Shown here one piece after another: positions 1 through 12,498 of a stretch of 64,000 nt of DNA; position 1 is the first letter of the stretch, and every line of letters starts with the position of its first letter. This DNA comes from Lepidodermella squamata (lineage: Eukaryota; Animalia; Gastrotricha), in NCBI GenBank assembly GCA_047495785.1, contig JBLDXI010000048.1, forward strand, positions 1,054,001-1,118,000. Direction: 5' to 3'. Under the pieces are notes generated by a model. The model was not told where the DNA came from and searched no databases. It saw only the letters and a program-made list of their open reading frames with translations. The position numbers were made by a program, and so were the translations under genes.

Positions 1-48
1 TATTGAAGTAGCATTTTTAAAGGCTAATTGTTATTTGCTTATTCTCAG

Positions 49-242
49 GGCACTTCACGGGCACGGCTCTGCAAGGTACCGACTACGTCAATTGGGATCC
101 TGAGCTAGTTTCCAAGTTTGGAAAAATCCCGCCGGGTTGCAAGAATTGCTGTGCCTACGTCAAGCCCTCAGGTTTCTGGGATTTTGCCAGCTGCACTGAG
201 AAATTCTATCACATCTGTGAGTCTGCTAAAGATGTGATCTGA
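49..242 (+). CDS. Terminal exon of a C-type lectin-domain protein (gene begins upstream of the window)
   Basis: After the acceptor ttctcag, the frame reads HFTGTALQGTDYVNWDPE...CKNCCAYVKPSGFWDFASCTEKFYHICESAKDVI* (TGA 240-242). This fits the CTLD C-terminal pattern Y.NW..P...C....G.W....C.....ICE. Not in the ORF track. EPN/QPD and WND motifs are absent. Confidence 0.8.
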
Positions 243-519
243 AAAGAAAACTCCACACTCTTCAGCTTGAAATTGATTTCACGCCGAAAAAGTATTATAA
301 GCTTGAAGAAATGTGTTCAGATCCATATGATTTAGGGCCGTACGTAACAGGAAAATTCAAGTTAGGAGCAAAATAGTTTGATTGGATGAGACAGAGATTA
401 GCAAACATGACTCTGGATGTCATTATAGTCGGAATAAAAATGATGCAGTGCCTTGCAATTAGTGAAATACGGAAATACTTAATGGAAAACAAAATGCAAC
501 AATATTTGCAACAAGTATT

Positions 520-830
520 TTAAGCTCAAATTGCTGGTTACGCGTCGTCCTCGCGACAACGACATGATGGTCCACAAGGATCCTGTTTTTTTTGGAAGGA
601 TCCTGGAAATTTCCGGCCAGAATGTTGTATCGATTCAAATAGCAACTCTCCCATTCTTCCAATTTCATGCCACATGAACCGGGTCTAGAATTTGCATGGA
701 AGGAGCCTAAGCCAGAGCCTAATACTTCTTTTTTAGTTTCACTGTTGCAGGGCGGGATTCAGCTTCGGCTTGGTCACTAGAGATGTTGATTTCGACTGCG
801 ATAATCGAGGTGCGATAGTCATATACAAGT
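520..830 (+). pseudogene. Decayed 3' fragment of the CYP2-clan P450 at 9023-10595
   Basis: Nucleotide similarity to ~10245-10555 (gatcctgttt..tggaaggatcctg, tcttccaatttcatgcc, agaatttgcatgg, ttagtttc.ct..tgca, cttggtcac.a.agatgttga). Multiple frameshifts and stops. Confidence 0.75.
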
Positions 831-1347
831 GTAGAATTATAGTCCAATCGAGATGCATTGGTTTTTCTAATGAAACTAGCGCCTTATTTAATACTTTTGA
901 AAATCTAATAATTTACAACGTCTTTAATTTAGAGGTTTTTCTGGAAATAATCCAGAAAAATCGACGCAGTTCCCCTATAGTACATAGTGCATGTGTATTG
1001 TCCGTGTCTAAAAATAATGTTGCAAATATTTAGCTTTGTATCCATATGTTGTGCAGACAAATATTTAGTATTTAGTGTTTTTCTACCAAAAGTAGCAATT
1101 CGCAATTCCTATTGTGATTAATTATCACTCCAGGGTGTTCCGCAGTCCGCAAAGTTGAACCGCGTGCAAAACGCAGCAATAATTTTGCGTCAACTTTCAG
1201 GAAAACATACCTCAATGCCATGGCACTTTTATTCGCAATGCTGATATTCCGTTCATGTCGACCACTCAACATCTGAACTAAGCTTAGATAATATATCCTA
1301 CTTCAAAATCAAAGCTCACAAAAAATAAGATTTGGTTATAAATTTCG

Positions 1348-3248
1348 ATGAAAATTCCGATCACATTGCTATTCCGATCTGCCCTTCTGTCCGCATTAGC
1401 TCAGTTGACGGCCAGTGAGTTCAGTCCCCCTGAGGAGAAATTCACAAATGACATGATTGAGAAATGTTGCCTACTGAAATGCCGGAGCCGTCCAGTTGCG
1501 GAACCGAAGACAAATTTAAACCTAACCTTTACCCCATTTCGATTCAAAGGCATAAATGACCGCGATCAAACGTAAGTTCCCAACTAGACCCTGCATATTA
1601 ATGTTGAAAAGAATGTTAACTAGAATGGAAGTTTTCGGTCAGCTGGATGTATCTTGGAAGCATCCGTGCACAATATGGAATGCAACAGAGAATGGCATTG
1701 ATCGAATCGAAATTAGGCTTGATGAACAGTGGCACCCTAGAATTATGTTATTCAACGCGCAAGATGCTGCAAACTATTGGGCCTTTGAGAAGTTTTACTT
1801 TACCTCGGTGCTAGATTTTACTCTTATTGTCCCAATTGCAGCTACATCACGAAATTCGGGAGAGCTGAATACTACCCGAATGGCGGCGTTAGCATAGTGT
1901 TTGCCACGACATTTACTACATTCTGCCCGCTCAAGTAAGCTGTAAAGAAGTATAAAGAAGGATGTGATTGCTTAAGCCTGTTACGTGTTGCTCTAGAGTC
2001 TAGAGCCTCCCGCCCTAAATTCGGACGCTTATTGGGGTTTACCTACTTTGCCAACCAGGTGAATTTTTGGAAAATAATCGGTAAATACAGAATTATAGAG
2101 GAGTTCTCGAACTATCGAAGTGCGGTTTCCAAAAGTCCAGGCTAATTAACCTTGACTTGCCGCTAAACATTTAGCCACTTAGACACCTGGCCGGAATTCG
2201 GGAACCGGGTACGCTAATTTCGGCCACCTCATCCAGATACGCTAATACTAATACCTTCAGAGTAATACCGTAATGTGCTTTGTGGAATGGATGCGCATAT
2301 GGTAAGAAAGCATTTGAAAGACGATATGAGCTCACTTGCCCTTGCCCATTCAGAATCATTTAAAATCATGAGATTGGTTCAACGCTGAACATTTATTCTT
2401 GAGCTACGTACTGTGAATCCCCGGCGAAAATTGGGACGCAACGGCCGAATTTAGGAAGTGGTCAAAATTTGGCATTTTACTCTACGACAAGCAAGCCCAG
2501 ATTAAGAAATAGATATGGTTTAATTCTTAATAATTCAAGTATATGATAATATGTTGCAACGGGTAATCTTCCCAGGCTACAAAAGTTTCCCTTCGACCAG
2601 CAAATTTGCACGATTCAAGTCGAATCATGGTTCAACATGGATCTACAGGAGTTCTTTGTAGAGCCTAAATCGCCGCTTATCCCCCTTGACGATGACAAAT
2701 TCATGAATCCTGGGGGTATTTGGAGTCTGGTAAATTCATCAGCCCGGTCAGGAGTGAACGACTACGAAAATATGCTAAGCTCGATTAGTGGGAAGAGATA
2801 CTCACTCGGTCTTTTCGAGTTCACAGTTAGACGTCGACCTATGGTATACATGATCAGTCTTTTCTACCCAAGTTTGACATTGGTAGTGCTGCTTTTATCA
2901 ACTGGCTTCCTGCCGCCTCAACGGGTAGATAGACCTGCTTTCTGTTGTTCGGTGGTGCTGGCCTACACAGTCTTGCTATCAATGGTGACAGAAGCGCTGC
3001 CAATGTCATCACAAATTTGTTATGCGACGATTTTCATGGCATTCCAGCTGGGGATAAGCGTTGTCACTACAACTTACAATTTGATAGTATGTGGCTTCGC
3101 GGCCAGAAAGAAATATCGTACAATTTGCGCAACAGTTCTCGGATTCTCGCTGTCGCGCATCAGATGTTACGATATTGTCATATATACCTTGCTGACATTA
3201 ACGACTGTGTTAGTCGATGTTTTCCTTTTTTGCTTGATGATGAATTGA
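1348..3248 (+). CDS. Cys-loop pentameric ligand-gated ion channel subunit, divergent, nAChR-like (copy 1)
   Basis: Exons 1348-1571, 1624-1791, 1842-1934 and 2576-3248 join in frame (~385 aa). Signal peptide, RPV motif, WHPRIMLFN loop A, Cys-loop CPLKLQKFPFDQQIC (C-x13-C), VESW loop B, and four TM helices with M2 DRPAFCCSVVLAYTVLL. No vicinal Cys in loop C. Confidence 0.92.
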
Positions 3249-5401
3249 TCATTTTAATGAAGCTTACCGCTGGGGTCATCTTTTCCTACGATAGAGTCAT
3301 AAAATACCATATAAAAATACCATAATGATACTCGTAAAATTCTCTTCCAGGTCCCATCAACAAACTTGAGAGAAAGATGTGATGTTTACGCTAAAACAGA
3401 CCGATCGCATATAATCGTGAATCTGAAGCCATTGGGTTCTAATAAGGCCTAGGACATTACCGACATTCATTCTCGACCGCGCCAAATCTTCTAAAATGAA
3501 TCCGAAGATGAAGAGCCTGCTCCAGAACCCACTGCTATTATTGCCGACGAGAGCAGCGACAGTTAAGTCGAATTTCTCGAATAAATACTTAAAACGTAAA
3601 TACCGGATTATAAGGCACTGTCATCTATTTTTTCGAAAGGTATTTCCAGAAAACTGAATTGCTTGCCTGCCCGAGATCAATGCAAAACATGCCTTAAATT
3701 CTTAGGTTAGGTCTACCCCTAACTTAAATTTTTTTACATTTTATCTACTGCAAGTAAAATTTGTACATGTGCTTTGAGTCATCGATAACCGATATTTCTA
3801 GGGTAAGGTAACCTAATTCTGCATAAAACATTTCCACTTTTTTCAAACACCTGGCATTCCGTAACCACGAGGTTCTCCGGGCGCGAATTTTGATCATAAA
3901 CAGTCAGAACCCACTCCAGTAAGCCCACAAAATCGCATAAGCCAATTCCCCACCGTTAGGGAGCTACCGTTGCTGAAAGTCAAAAAAGGCAAAAATTTAA
4001 AATCGCTCGAGGGTGCCATAAATCTGCATAATCTGCAAATCATGGTTATGAAATGCCAGGTGTTTGAAAAAGTGGAAATGTTTTATGCAGAATTAGGATA
4101 CCTTACCCTATTAACTATAATCATCGACCAATTTTATTGCTTCTACTTTCGCGCATCAAAATAAATAAAACACACAATTTTAATCCTGTTTCGCTTATTA
4201 TACCTGTCCCTTTCGGTTAGTGGAACCGCAATAGATTATGAGGGATTTTGTTAGTCAATTTTTGATCTGCAAGTACCTATATTGCCTGCTATATTGTCTA
4301 AATAGTTCGCAAGGGAATACGGTAGAAATACCGTCACTTGTTGGTTTGATTTTATAAAACTTGATTAAAAGAAACACCATTAGAATAAAATCAAGGTTTG
4401 AATGACCCCGAAAGTAATCATGTTTACTAGGCGGGCGCCTGTATAGTCTAGTATAGTCTGTACAGGGTGATCCAAAAGTCTATGTAGGTAATAAAAACTG
4501 TCGCTCATTCATAACAATGATAATTGAGTCTATTTATGATGTACCATTCGATTCCTTGCTCTTCCACGATTTTTTTGATATATAATTTGACTGGTTTCCA
4601 TCAAAATTAGAGTCACACTGAGCGCCAACAAAGAAGACGCACGCGGCTGTTGAGCGTTGCGCAATTCTTCAAAGGCGCCGTTGAAGCGCTTCTGAGGCAT
4701 TGCGTAACCCTGAGCAGTTTTCTATCAGCAGGTGTGTTTAGAATGAGAGTCATCGTAATTCTGAAACAAATTTTAATGAAAAGAACCAACCCACTGCTCA
4801 TTGTCCCTAATTTTTCGTTTAACACTTTACGCGCCGTATACGCACATTTGCGTATACGAAAATTTGCAGAGAATAGCCATATACGCACATGTGCGTAATG
4901 GTTTTTTGAACATTACGTAATAAGGATGAGTCAAAAAAATTCGGGACATCGACCAATGGTCTTAGAATTCTGTCCTCTGCCAGAAAATATCATAATATGG
5001 GGGTCGAATTTTTTGGTCGGCACGTCGAAAATACCCCGGCGACACAGGAATGGCTTCTCGCCAGGACCCCGGCGCGTAAATTGTTAAAACAGGCTTGAAC
5101 AGCTTTTCAAGCTTGGAGGCAATTTATTCAATTTATTCTAAGCCCCTTGAAACGGTTGTCTAGAATCGCTTAAAACGCCGCCGACTCATAAGCCAGTGAT
5201 GTCTTGTTTAAATTTTAAATATAGTTCAAATAGCTCTTCCCAGGAACGTTCACTTGGAGACCTTTTTAGCTTGAACGTATTGGATACTTTTTGGATACAG
5301 AATTTCTCCATCGGAAGTTTAGATTGCATTCTGGTAAAATGTTAAGCATTAAGATGTAATGAGCAGTCAATCAAAGTAGTGAAATGAGTAGCGAAATCAA
5401 A

Positions 5402-6004
5402 TACCGTAAAAACCGAAATTGGGTGCCGTCTTTTTATAGTTTCAAACCAAGAAAAAAGTGAGGGTTTATGACAGGCGAGGTACAATTGTAGGCTGTGGTA
5501 TTATTTACTTGAATCTATCATCATTAGATTCAAATGAATTTGGAAAAGAGGTTAAAAATGAAAAAACAGTCAAATTTCCTCTTCGTATAGAGATCGTTTT
5601 CATTTTTTCATTCTCCTCGGCATCTTCCTCGATCATCAACCACACCGGGAACGCTTTCCACAGAAGAGGAGGGTATGATGTAAAAGTTTTAGATGAGAAA
5701 AATGAAACTCAACTTGTTTTAGGTTGTTCTTGACGGGAAATGATAACAACTCATCTCAACTAACAGGCATTTATATTCAGATCCGATTTGAGCTTCGCAT
5801 CAATTTAATTGAATGTTTGCTAAAACGAACTCGGAAATGCAATTAGTAAATTTCAATCATGTTACAAGTGCAAAATATTTATTAAGAAACCAAGACACTA
5901 ATTTAGGCCTGAGATATTATTGGTTCAATCGTCGCTCAGACTGGGGGCTTAAACCAGGCGAGGCACTATTATAGACCTAGGACCCAATTTCGGTTTTTAC
6001 GGTA
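5402..6004. mobile_element. Non-autonomous Tc1/mariner-pogo-type element (MITE), ~600 bp
   Basis: Perfect inverted ends TACCGTAAAAACCGAAATTGGGT (5402) and ACCCAATTTCGGTTTTTACGGTA (to 6004), with TA at both boundaries. No transposase ORF. Confidence 0.8.
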
Positions 6005-6151
6005 ACCGTCGACAAGGCAGCCCGAGTCACAGGTCGCGTGCGAGAACAAGGAAAACGCTATAAGCCTGTCAGAATGAGACATTTTCTGTTTCAATTTTGT
6101 GAAAGGAATCGTTTAAAAAAATTTGCTACAAAATATGCGCTAATTTAGATT

Positions 6152-6266
6152 ATACTGCGAGAAAAAGTCGATTTGCAGCAGAGAAAAGTCCTTACTGCGC
6201 GAAAAAGTGTGTTACTGCGAAATGAAGATATTTACTGCGAAAAAAGATATTTACTGCAGGATAAAG
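6152..6266. repeat. Degenerate minisatellite, ~20-bp unit, about 6 copies
   Basis: Recurrent TTACTGCG(A)..AAAAG unit with ~19-20 nt period. Confidence 0.6.
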
Positions 6267-6699
6267 TTTTTTTCCAATCCTTACCTAAGAAATATTTCTG
6301 GAAATTATCTACATTTTTTACTGCTTTCATTAAATTACCAGGTGGGGGCGCCGTTGCTCGCTTTTCATGTTTTTCCAGCTGTAATTTACTGTATGTTTAT
6401 AATTACTGTACTTTGCATGCATATTATTTGCAAGTAAATTTTTTTAGGTTTTCTTGCTAACGGCTACATTATTTACTGTCCATTAAAAATTAAAATTACG
6501 TTAAAAACTATTGATAAACAATTATCACATGGGCCCTCGATTTCAATCCAGAGAATCGGATTGTTCCACTCCGGAGTCGACTGAGATGCCAAAAATCCGC
6601 CCAATCTTCCTAGCTTTTATCGACTTTGGGTGAATACTGTCTGTTTTTTACAGATCATGTCATAAAGTTTAATATTGAGGAGTTTAATTACAACTCCAA

Positions 6700-8398
6700 A
6701 TGCATTCATCGAGCAGATTCATTATCCAATCAGCTTTCCTGGCGGTTGGATTAGCTCAGCTGACGGACAACGAAACGTTCAGTACTCCTGAAGAGAAATT
6801 TACAAGTTACTTGATGGAGAAATGTTGCCTATTGAGTTGCCGCCGCCGTCCTGTCGTGGAACTGCATCAGAAAACAAATTTATCACTAACTTTCACCCCA
6901 TTTCGATTTCAAGGCATAAATGACCACGATCAAACGTAAGTTACAAACTACTGCACCTGCACCTGCATGACGGTAAAAATGATGTTAATAAGTATCCAAA
7001 TATTCGGCCAGCTGGATATATCTTGGCAGCATCCATGTACAAAATGGAATGCGACCCAGAATGGAATAGATCGAATCGAAATCAAAATTGAGGATCAATG
7101 GTACCCTAGACTGGTTTTAAACAACGCGCCAGACGCTGCAAACTATTGGGCATTTGAAAAGTTTTTTTTACCCTAAAACTAAATGGATTGCTCTATATTC
7201 TTGTCATCTTTCCCCAAAGTTACATCAATTCAATGGGGAGAGCTGATTACTTCCCGAATGGCGACGTTTACTTGCTGTTTGTCATGACTTTCACTGCATT
7301 CTGCCAACTCAAGTACGTTGTACATTACGATAGATATCGCGGGGTGGGCGACAGAACGACTTGACTAAAATACAAACAAATGGCGTAATGCATTTGACTC
7401 ACAGAAAATACTGGCGCTAAGCGACTGACTTGGTGGAGATGCAAAAATAGTTTTACGCCATTTGTTTTCATTTTAGTCAAGTCGTTCTGTCGCCCACCCC
7501 GCGATATATCGGAAAAGATATACCGGACAAACAACGGGTAAACCGGGTCTGCCTACTAATTTGGATTTTACAATATATTTTGAGCTTGTTACACATTTTT
7601 CTATATCAACCAAAACTAGTGAATTAGAAATGGGACAACTTGAATGGCTTAAATAGGTTTTGGCACTTTAATTTTCCAACAGGTATTAAGGTATGATTCA
7701 TGCAATATTTTAAACTCCTTCTCAGGCTGCGCAAGTTTCCCTTCGACCAGCAGACATGCACGATTAAAGTCGAATCCTGGTCCAACATAGACCTGCAGGA
7801 GTTCTTTGTCGAGCCTAAATCTCCACTTATCGGGCTAAATGATGAGACATTCATGAATCCTGGTGGTATTTGGAGTCTGGTAAATTCATCAGCCCGGTCA
7901 GGAGTGAACGACTACGAAAATATGCTAAGCTCGATTAGTGGGAGGAGCTACTCAACCGCTCTTTTCGAGTTCACTGTAAAGCGCCGACCAGGTGTATACA
8001 TGATCAGTCTTTTCTACCCGAGTTTGGCACTGGTAGTGTTACTTCTATCTGTTGGTTTCATGCCACCTGAACAGCCAGATAGACCCGCTTTTTGCGTTAC
8101 TGTGGTGCTGGCCTACGCAGTTTTGCTATCAATGGTAACGGATGCTCTGCCGGTGTCGTCAGAAATTTGCTATGCGATGATTTTCATGGCGTTCCACCTG
8201 GGGATAGGCGTCGTCACTACTACATATAATTTGATAGTTTGCGGCTTCGCTGCGAGGAAGGACTATCGTAAAACTAGCGCGACTTTGTTTGGATTCACCC
8301 TATCGCGCATCAGATGGTACGATATTTTCATCTATACCTTGCTGACACTTACGACTGTGTCAGTTGATTTTATCATTTTCTTCTTGATGATGAATTGA
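6700..8398 (+). CDS. Cys-loop pentameric ligand-gated ion channel subunit (copy 2, tandem paralogue)
   Basis: Exons 6700-6935, 6993-7160, 7220-7312 and 7726-8398, with the same intron positions as copy 1. Cys-loop CQLKLRKFPFDQQTC and M2 DRPAFCVTVVLAYAVLL. Confidence 0.92.
7335..7506. mobile_element. MITE (family 'TCGCGGGGTGGG') in intron 3 of channel copy 2
   Basis: ~50-bp inverted ends TA|TCGCGGGGTGGGCGACAGAACGACTTGACTAAAAT... and ...GTCGTTCTGTCGCCCACCCCGCGA|TA with a TA duplication. Second copy at 12061-12245. Confidence 0.88.
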
Positions 8399-8453
8399 TC
8401 TTTTCATACGATGAAATCATGAAGTCACATATAATAATGGGTCTACCATGGGT

Positions 8454-8565
8454 CTACTTCATCTGCTCGTGGAAAATTGATTTTTTATTATAAAATTCCA
8501 CGTTTTCAGTTTTCAAATAAAAAATGGAATTTCGCAAATCAATTTTCCATGAGCAGATGAAATAG
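8454..8565. mobile_element. Short palindromic element (probable MITE) downstream of channel copy 2
   Basis: Inverted arms CTACTTCATCTGCTCGTGGAAAATTGATTT and AAATCAATTTTCCATGAGCAGATGAAATAG. Absent from the paralogous 3' flank of copy 1. Confidence 0.65.
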
Positions 8566-9022
8566 ATAATGAAAAGATTACATTTTATGCGGTAAAATTC
8601 TCTTCCAGGTTCCATCAAAACAAATAACTAGAGAAGCCAGTTCTGATTCAACGAAATCTATCGAAGAATAATCGACTTCTCTGTTTACTTTCCCACCAAA
8701 ATTTTTTAAATCAGCTGAACATCCGCGACCCATGAGTGGGCAGACTATCTTAAATTATGTCTATGTTTCTACCCTATGTAGACATTTGGAAGATAGGAGC
8801 TGAAGCATAACGCATGATCATTTCGCCAATTCACATGGCAATAAAGGTATGGTCGACATCAGTGCACCAGCATGTAAACTTATCAGTGGGTTTTTTTGCA
8901 AACGGTGTAGCCACATTACAAAAAATACATAAAGTAGTCAAGAAAGTAGTACGTATGAACAATGGCTCGTTACGACAATAGCAAATAACACGCTACATCT
9001 CAGTATATATCGCAATATCAAA

Positions 9023-10595
9023 ATGAATGAATATACATATACATACAATATAGCTTATCAGGTGTTCTCATGGTGGAAGGTAATCGCCCCTGTCCTTGGT
9101 ATACTATATGGGTCATGGCGTTTCCTTCTCGACAAACGCTACCACCTCCCGCCAGGTCCAATGCCGATTCCATTCTTCGGTACAATTTGGGTCATGGTCA
9201 AAGAAACAGACCTGAATGGCTGCTTGCACAAAAATTTGAAGCGATTGGCACAGCGCTACGGCTCGGTTTACACTCTCTACCTCGGGCAGATGCGAATGAT
9301 TGTGATCAGCGACGCTAAAACAGTTAAGGAGACTCTAGTTGACCAAGGCAAAATTTTCAGTGGGAGGATTGACGATCAGTTCCCTGGTGCCGAAGATGTT
9401 ACTGGATGCGGAATTGTTACCGCTAATGGCGATGTCTGGAAAGCTAATCGCAGGTTTGGTCTGAAGGCGATGCGAGATTTCGGAATGGGGAAAGAAGTGA
9501 TGATCTCCAGAATTCAAGACGAAGCGAGTCATTTGCTGAATTTCTTCAAAGACATGGTCGAAAAAGGGGAACCAGTTTTCCCACGCCATTTAATCTGTAA
9601 TGCTGTGTCCAACGTAATTTGTGCTCTTGCATTCGGTAAGAGGTATGACGACCCTGATGACCCTGAATTCGTGGGATTGTTGCGAATGCTGGATGATGTA
9701 CTCGAGTCGTCACAAGAACCGCTGCTGACCGTGTTTCTTCCCTTCCTCAAATTCTTCCATCGACCAAAAATTGTAAGCTCAAAGAAATGGTCGATGTTTT
9801 GTCGCAACATTTTGTTTTAAGATTGCACAGGTTAGTAAGCTACAACGGGAAATCAAGCGAATCACAACTGCTTGTATAAGTGACCATCGAACGAATTTCG
9901 ACCCGGAAAATATTCGAGATTTCCCGGACCTATTCCTACAAGCTGAGATGAATGGTGAGGCTATGAGCTTGGATGACTTTAGCTGGATGAATATGGACAT
10001 GTTCAACGCCGGCACTGAGACAACAAGCACCGCTCTCACTTGGTCTTTGTTATATCTGGCGAAGTATCGAGACATCCAAGCGAAATGTCAACAGACTATC
10101 GATGAAGTGATAGAGTCAGACCGTCTGCCTTGCCAGGCCGACCGGCCTAAAATGGTCTACGTGGACGCTTTCTTTCATGAATTGATGCGGGTGACGACGA
10201 TTGTACCAACAGCTTTGTTTCATTCCAATTTGGATGTTCACACCCAAATTGGTGGTTACGACTGCCCTCCTAACACCATAATCGCCTACAACGTCACGAT
10301 GCTTCACCACGATCCTGTTTATTGGAAGGATCCTGAACAATTCCGTCCTGAACGTTGGATTGATCCAAATAGCGGGAAGCTGCTTTATCATTCTTCAAAT
10401 TTCATGCCGTTTGGAACTGGGCCAAGAATTTGCATGGGAGAAGCCTTGGCGAGAGCCGAGTACTTCATTTTCTTAGTTTCTCTACTGCAAAGATTCAGTT
10501 TCGACTTGGTCACCAAAGATGTTGAATTGGACCCCAGCAATCGCGGGATCATAAACACTTGCCCTGAGTATAAAGTCATTGTACGATCGCGTTAA
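9023..10595 (+). CDS. Cytochrome P450, CYP2 clan
   Basis: Exons 9023-9772 and 9822-10595 (49-nt intron). Motifs PPGPMPIP, WKANRRF, AGTETT, ELMR, PERW and heme motif PFGTGPRICMG. Confidence 0.95.
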
Positions 10596-10703
10596 ATTTT
10601 GTTACTGATAAGGATTTATTATATACTTAGAAGTAATCATTATAATTATATAAATGGGCGATGGACGCTTCTGCTAGAATAGGTGGGTATTTTTTTTATA
10701 AAA

Positions 10704-11027
10704 TCAGCAGTAAGAACAGCACACGCAAGCTCCTCTGCTGTAAGCTTTCATGTAAAGCGGGCTGAAGTTGAAGGAGGCACAAGTTGTCTGACATATTTGT
10801 TTCGTCGATGCTTGCACAAGCCGAACCGTTGAATCGCAGATGCAATTTATGCGGTTAACTGGGAAGTTCGCATTGAAGTAGAATCCACGATCTGGCGTTT
10901 GAGTTTGACAATATGCCTTGCACTGTGACTCGCTGTTCGCCTTGATTGCTTGTGCTGATTTAGTTGCTGCTGAGCTTCCAGAGGCTAAGACGAGCAAAGC
11001 TAAAGCGAAAATGTAAACAGCTTCCAT
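10704..11027 (-). CDS. Small secreted Cys-rich peptide, type A (copy 1), 107 aa
   Basis: Signal peptide and 10 Cys arranged as two C-x3-C...C-x-C modules. Paralogue at 13574-13897. Confidence 0.85.
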   Translation of the reverse strand: MEAVYIFALALLVLASGSSAATKSAQAIKANSESQCKAYCQTQTPDRGFYFNANFPVNRINCICDSTVRLVQASTKQICQTTCASFNFSPLYMKAYSRGACVCCSYC

Positions 11028-11278
11028 TTTGTGAAGAGTAGTGAATGAGCAATGGGCATTACAGCAGGAGCACGAACGTAGAGTTATGAATCACCACGTG
11101 GGGTTAATTCCCTTGTTTACCCACACGTTTTTTGATTATATATTATGCTATTTTAACAACGGGCCCAGGCAGGATATGTTCTTTATGCCTAATAATAAGA
11201 CAGAAATGTCGTAATTAGCCAATCACCATGCTTTTTTATTATCCACCTCGAGTAAGATGGGACTTATTTACGATAGTT

Positions 11279-11587
11279 TTAACTGCGAGAGCAGGTGCAG
11301 TAAGTGCCGTCAAAGTTGACGTTGAAGGGCTTGCGGTAGTCAGCAGCAAAGCTGGCGCAGTGGCTGTCGCATTCAGCCTGGCTGCCAGCGAATACCATGG
11401 AGGAAGGAGCAACGCACTCGCAGTTGGACTTCAACTTTTTAGCATCGGGGTCGAAGTACAGAACATCCTTGTCGAGGTTAGTGCGACAGAACTTGTAACA
11501 CATCTCTTCGTTCTTAGCGAGTATCCTCTGGCTGGAAACAGCGGCGAAAGCACAGGCTAGCAGAGCAATAGCGAGGACGGCCTTCAT
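11279..11587 (-). CDS. Small secreted Cys-rich peptide, type B (copy 1), 102 aa
   Basis: Signal peptide and 8 mature Cys in two C-x3-C...C-x-C modules. TATA-like CTATAAAA upstream (~11661-11668). Paralogue at 14163-14468. Confidence 0.85.
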   Translation of the reverse strand: MKAVLAIALLACAFAAVSSQRILAKNEEMCYKFCRTNLDKDVLYFDPDAKKLKSNCECVAPSSMVFAGSQAECDSHCASFAADYRKPFNVNFDGTYCTCSRS

Positions 11588-12060
11588 GTTGATAGTTAAG
11601 CTTGCGGTATTAGAAATTGTCCGATTATTTTGATGAAAAATACGGTCCTGAAGTGGATGGTTTTATAGGGCGATCCACCTCCTCATGCTAACACGCCCTC
11701 GCGAGCAAGAAACCTCGAAGAAGTAGCGGAGTCGACATAAATATTTATTCACCTGTAAATAATTTGTGTAAATTATGTAATTTTAAGCAATTTTCATTGC
11801 AGGATTACAGATTTTTTTACCCGACGCTTACTTTGATTAGCTGTTTATCTAACCATATACAGGAAGATGTCGGTCGATCCACAGTTTTGTCTTGTTGATC
11901 TTTCACGACAGCGTCAGTTTTCGCTAATATTTCGTCTTCTCCTGTTTACACAAAGCTTGAAATGGAGCTGCGAAATACCGCTAATAATTAGCCTAATTAC
12001 GAGTCGGATGAGGTGCGGTACCTTGCTAGAAGTAATCGTATGAATGTATCAATGAGGGCA

Positions 12061-12245
12061 TATCGCGGGGTGGGCGACAGAACGACTTGCCTAGAATAGA
12101 AACAGATGGCGTAAAGCTTTGATCCACGGAAAAACTGGCGTTTTAATTATCAGGCCCGCGACTGACTTGGCCGAGATGGGAAAAGTTAGTTTTACGCCAT
12201 TTGTTCCTATTCTAGGCAAGTCGCTCTGTTGCCCACCCCCCGATA
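12061..12245. mobile_element. MITE (family 'TCGCGGGGTGGG'), second copy
   Basis: Same TIRs as 7335-7506 and TA-flanked. The paralogous site near 14915 is empty (gagggca-tt-tcagttaattaaagt). Confidence 0.88.
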
Positions 12246-12498
12246 CCAGTTAATTAAAGTAGATTAGTTGCTAAACGATCAGAAAAGTCATTTGCGAAGA
12301 TTCCGCGAACGAGTTGATCAGTTGCAAGCGTGGATATATATCGTTTCACCAAACCTGGGGTGTTATTGATTCATGAGACCTCATCCAAGGCGATTTGAAG
12401 CAGCCAATAACAAACAGGAATCATCCCGTCTCCACTCTCCATAAAACCCTCACAGCTCTAGATTTGTATGGCCGTGGCGAGATTCAAATGTCTACCGG

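Noticed and set aside
1994-2484. Possible TIR element in intron 3 of channel copy 1 (tagagt...cctaaattcgg / ccgaatttagg...actcta)
   Set aside because: Inverted match is short and interrupted; insufficient to call.
3490-3640. Acidic coding-like tail (NESEDEEPAPEP...) followed by a pogo-like subterminal sequence (ccggattataaggc)
   Set aside because: Suggests a transposon end, but no matching TIR or catalytic motif was found.
4461-4483. Tc1/mariner-like end TACAGGGTGATCCAAAAGTC
   Set aside because: No partner inverted end found in the window.
6152-6266. Spaced ~20-bp repeats considered as a CRISPR-like array
   Set aside because: Contiguous degenerate units without unique spacers, no cas genes, and a eukaryotic context; it is a minisatellite.
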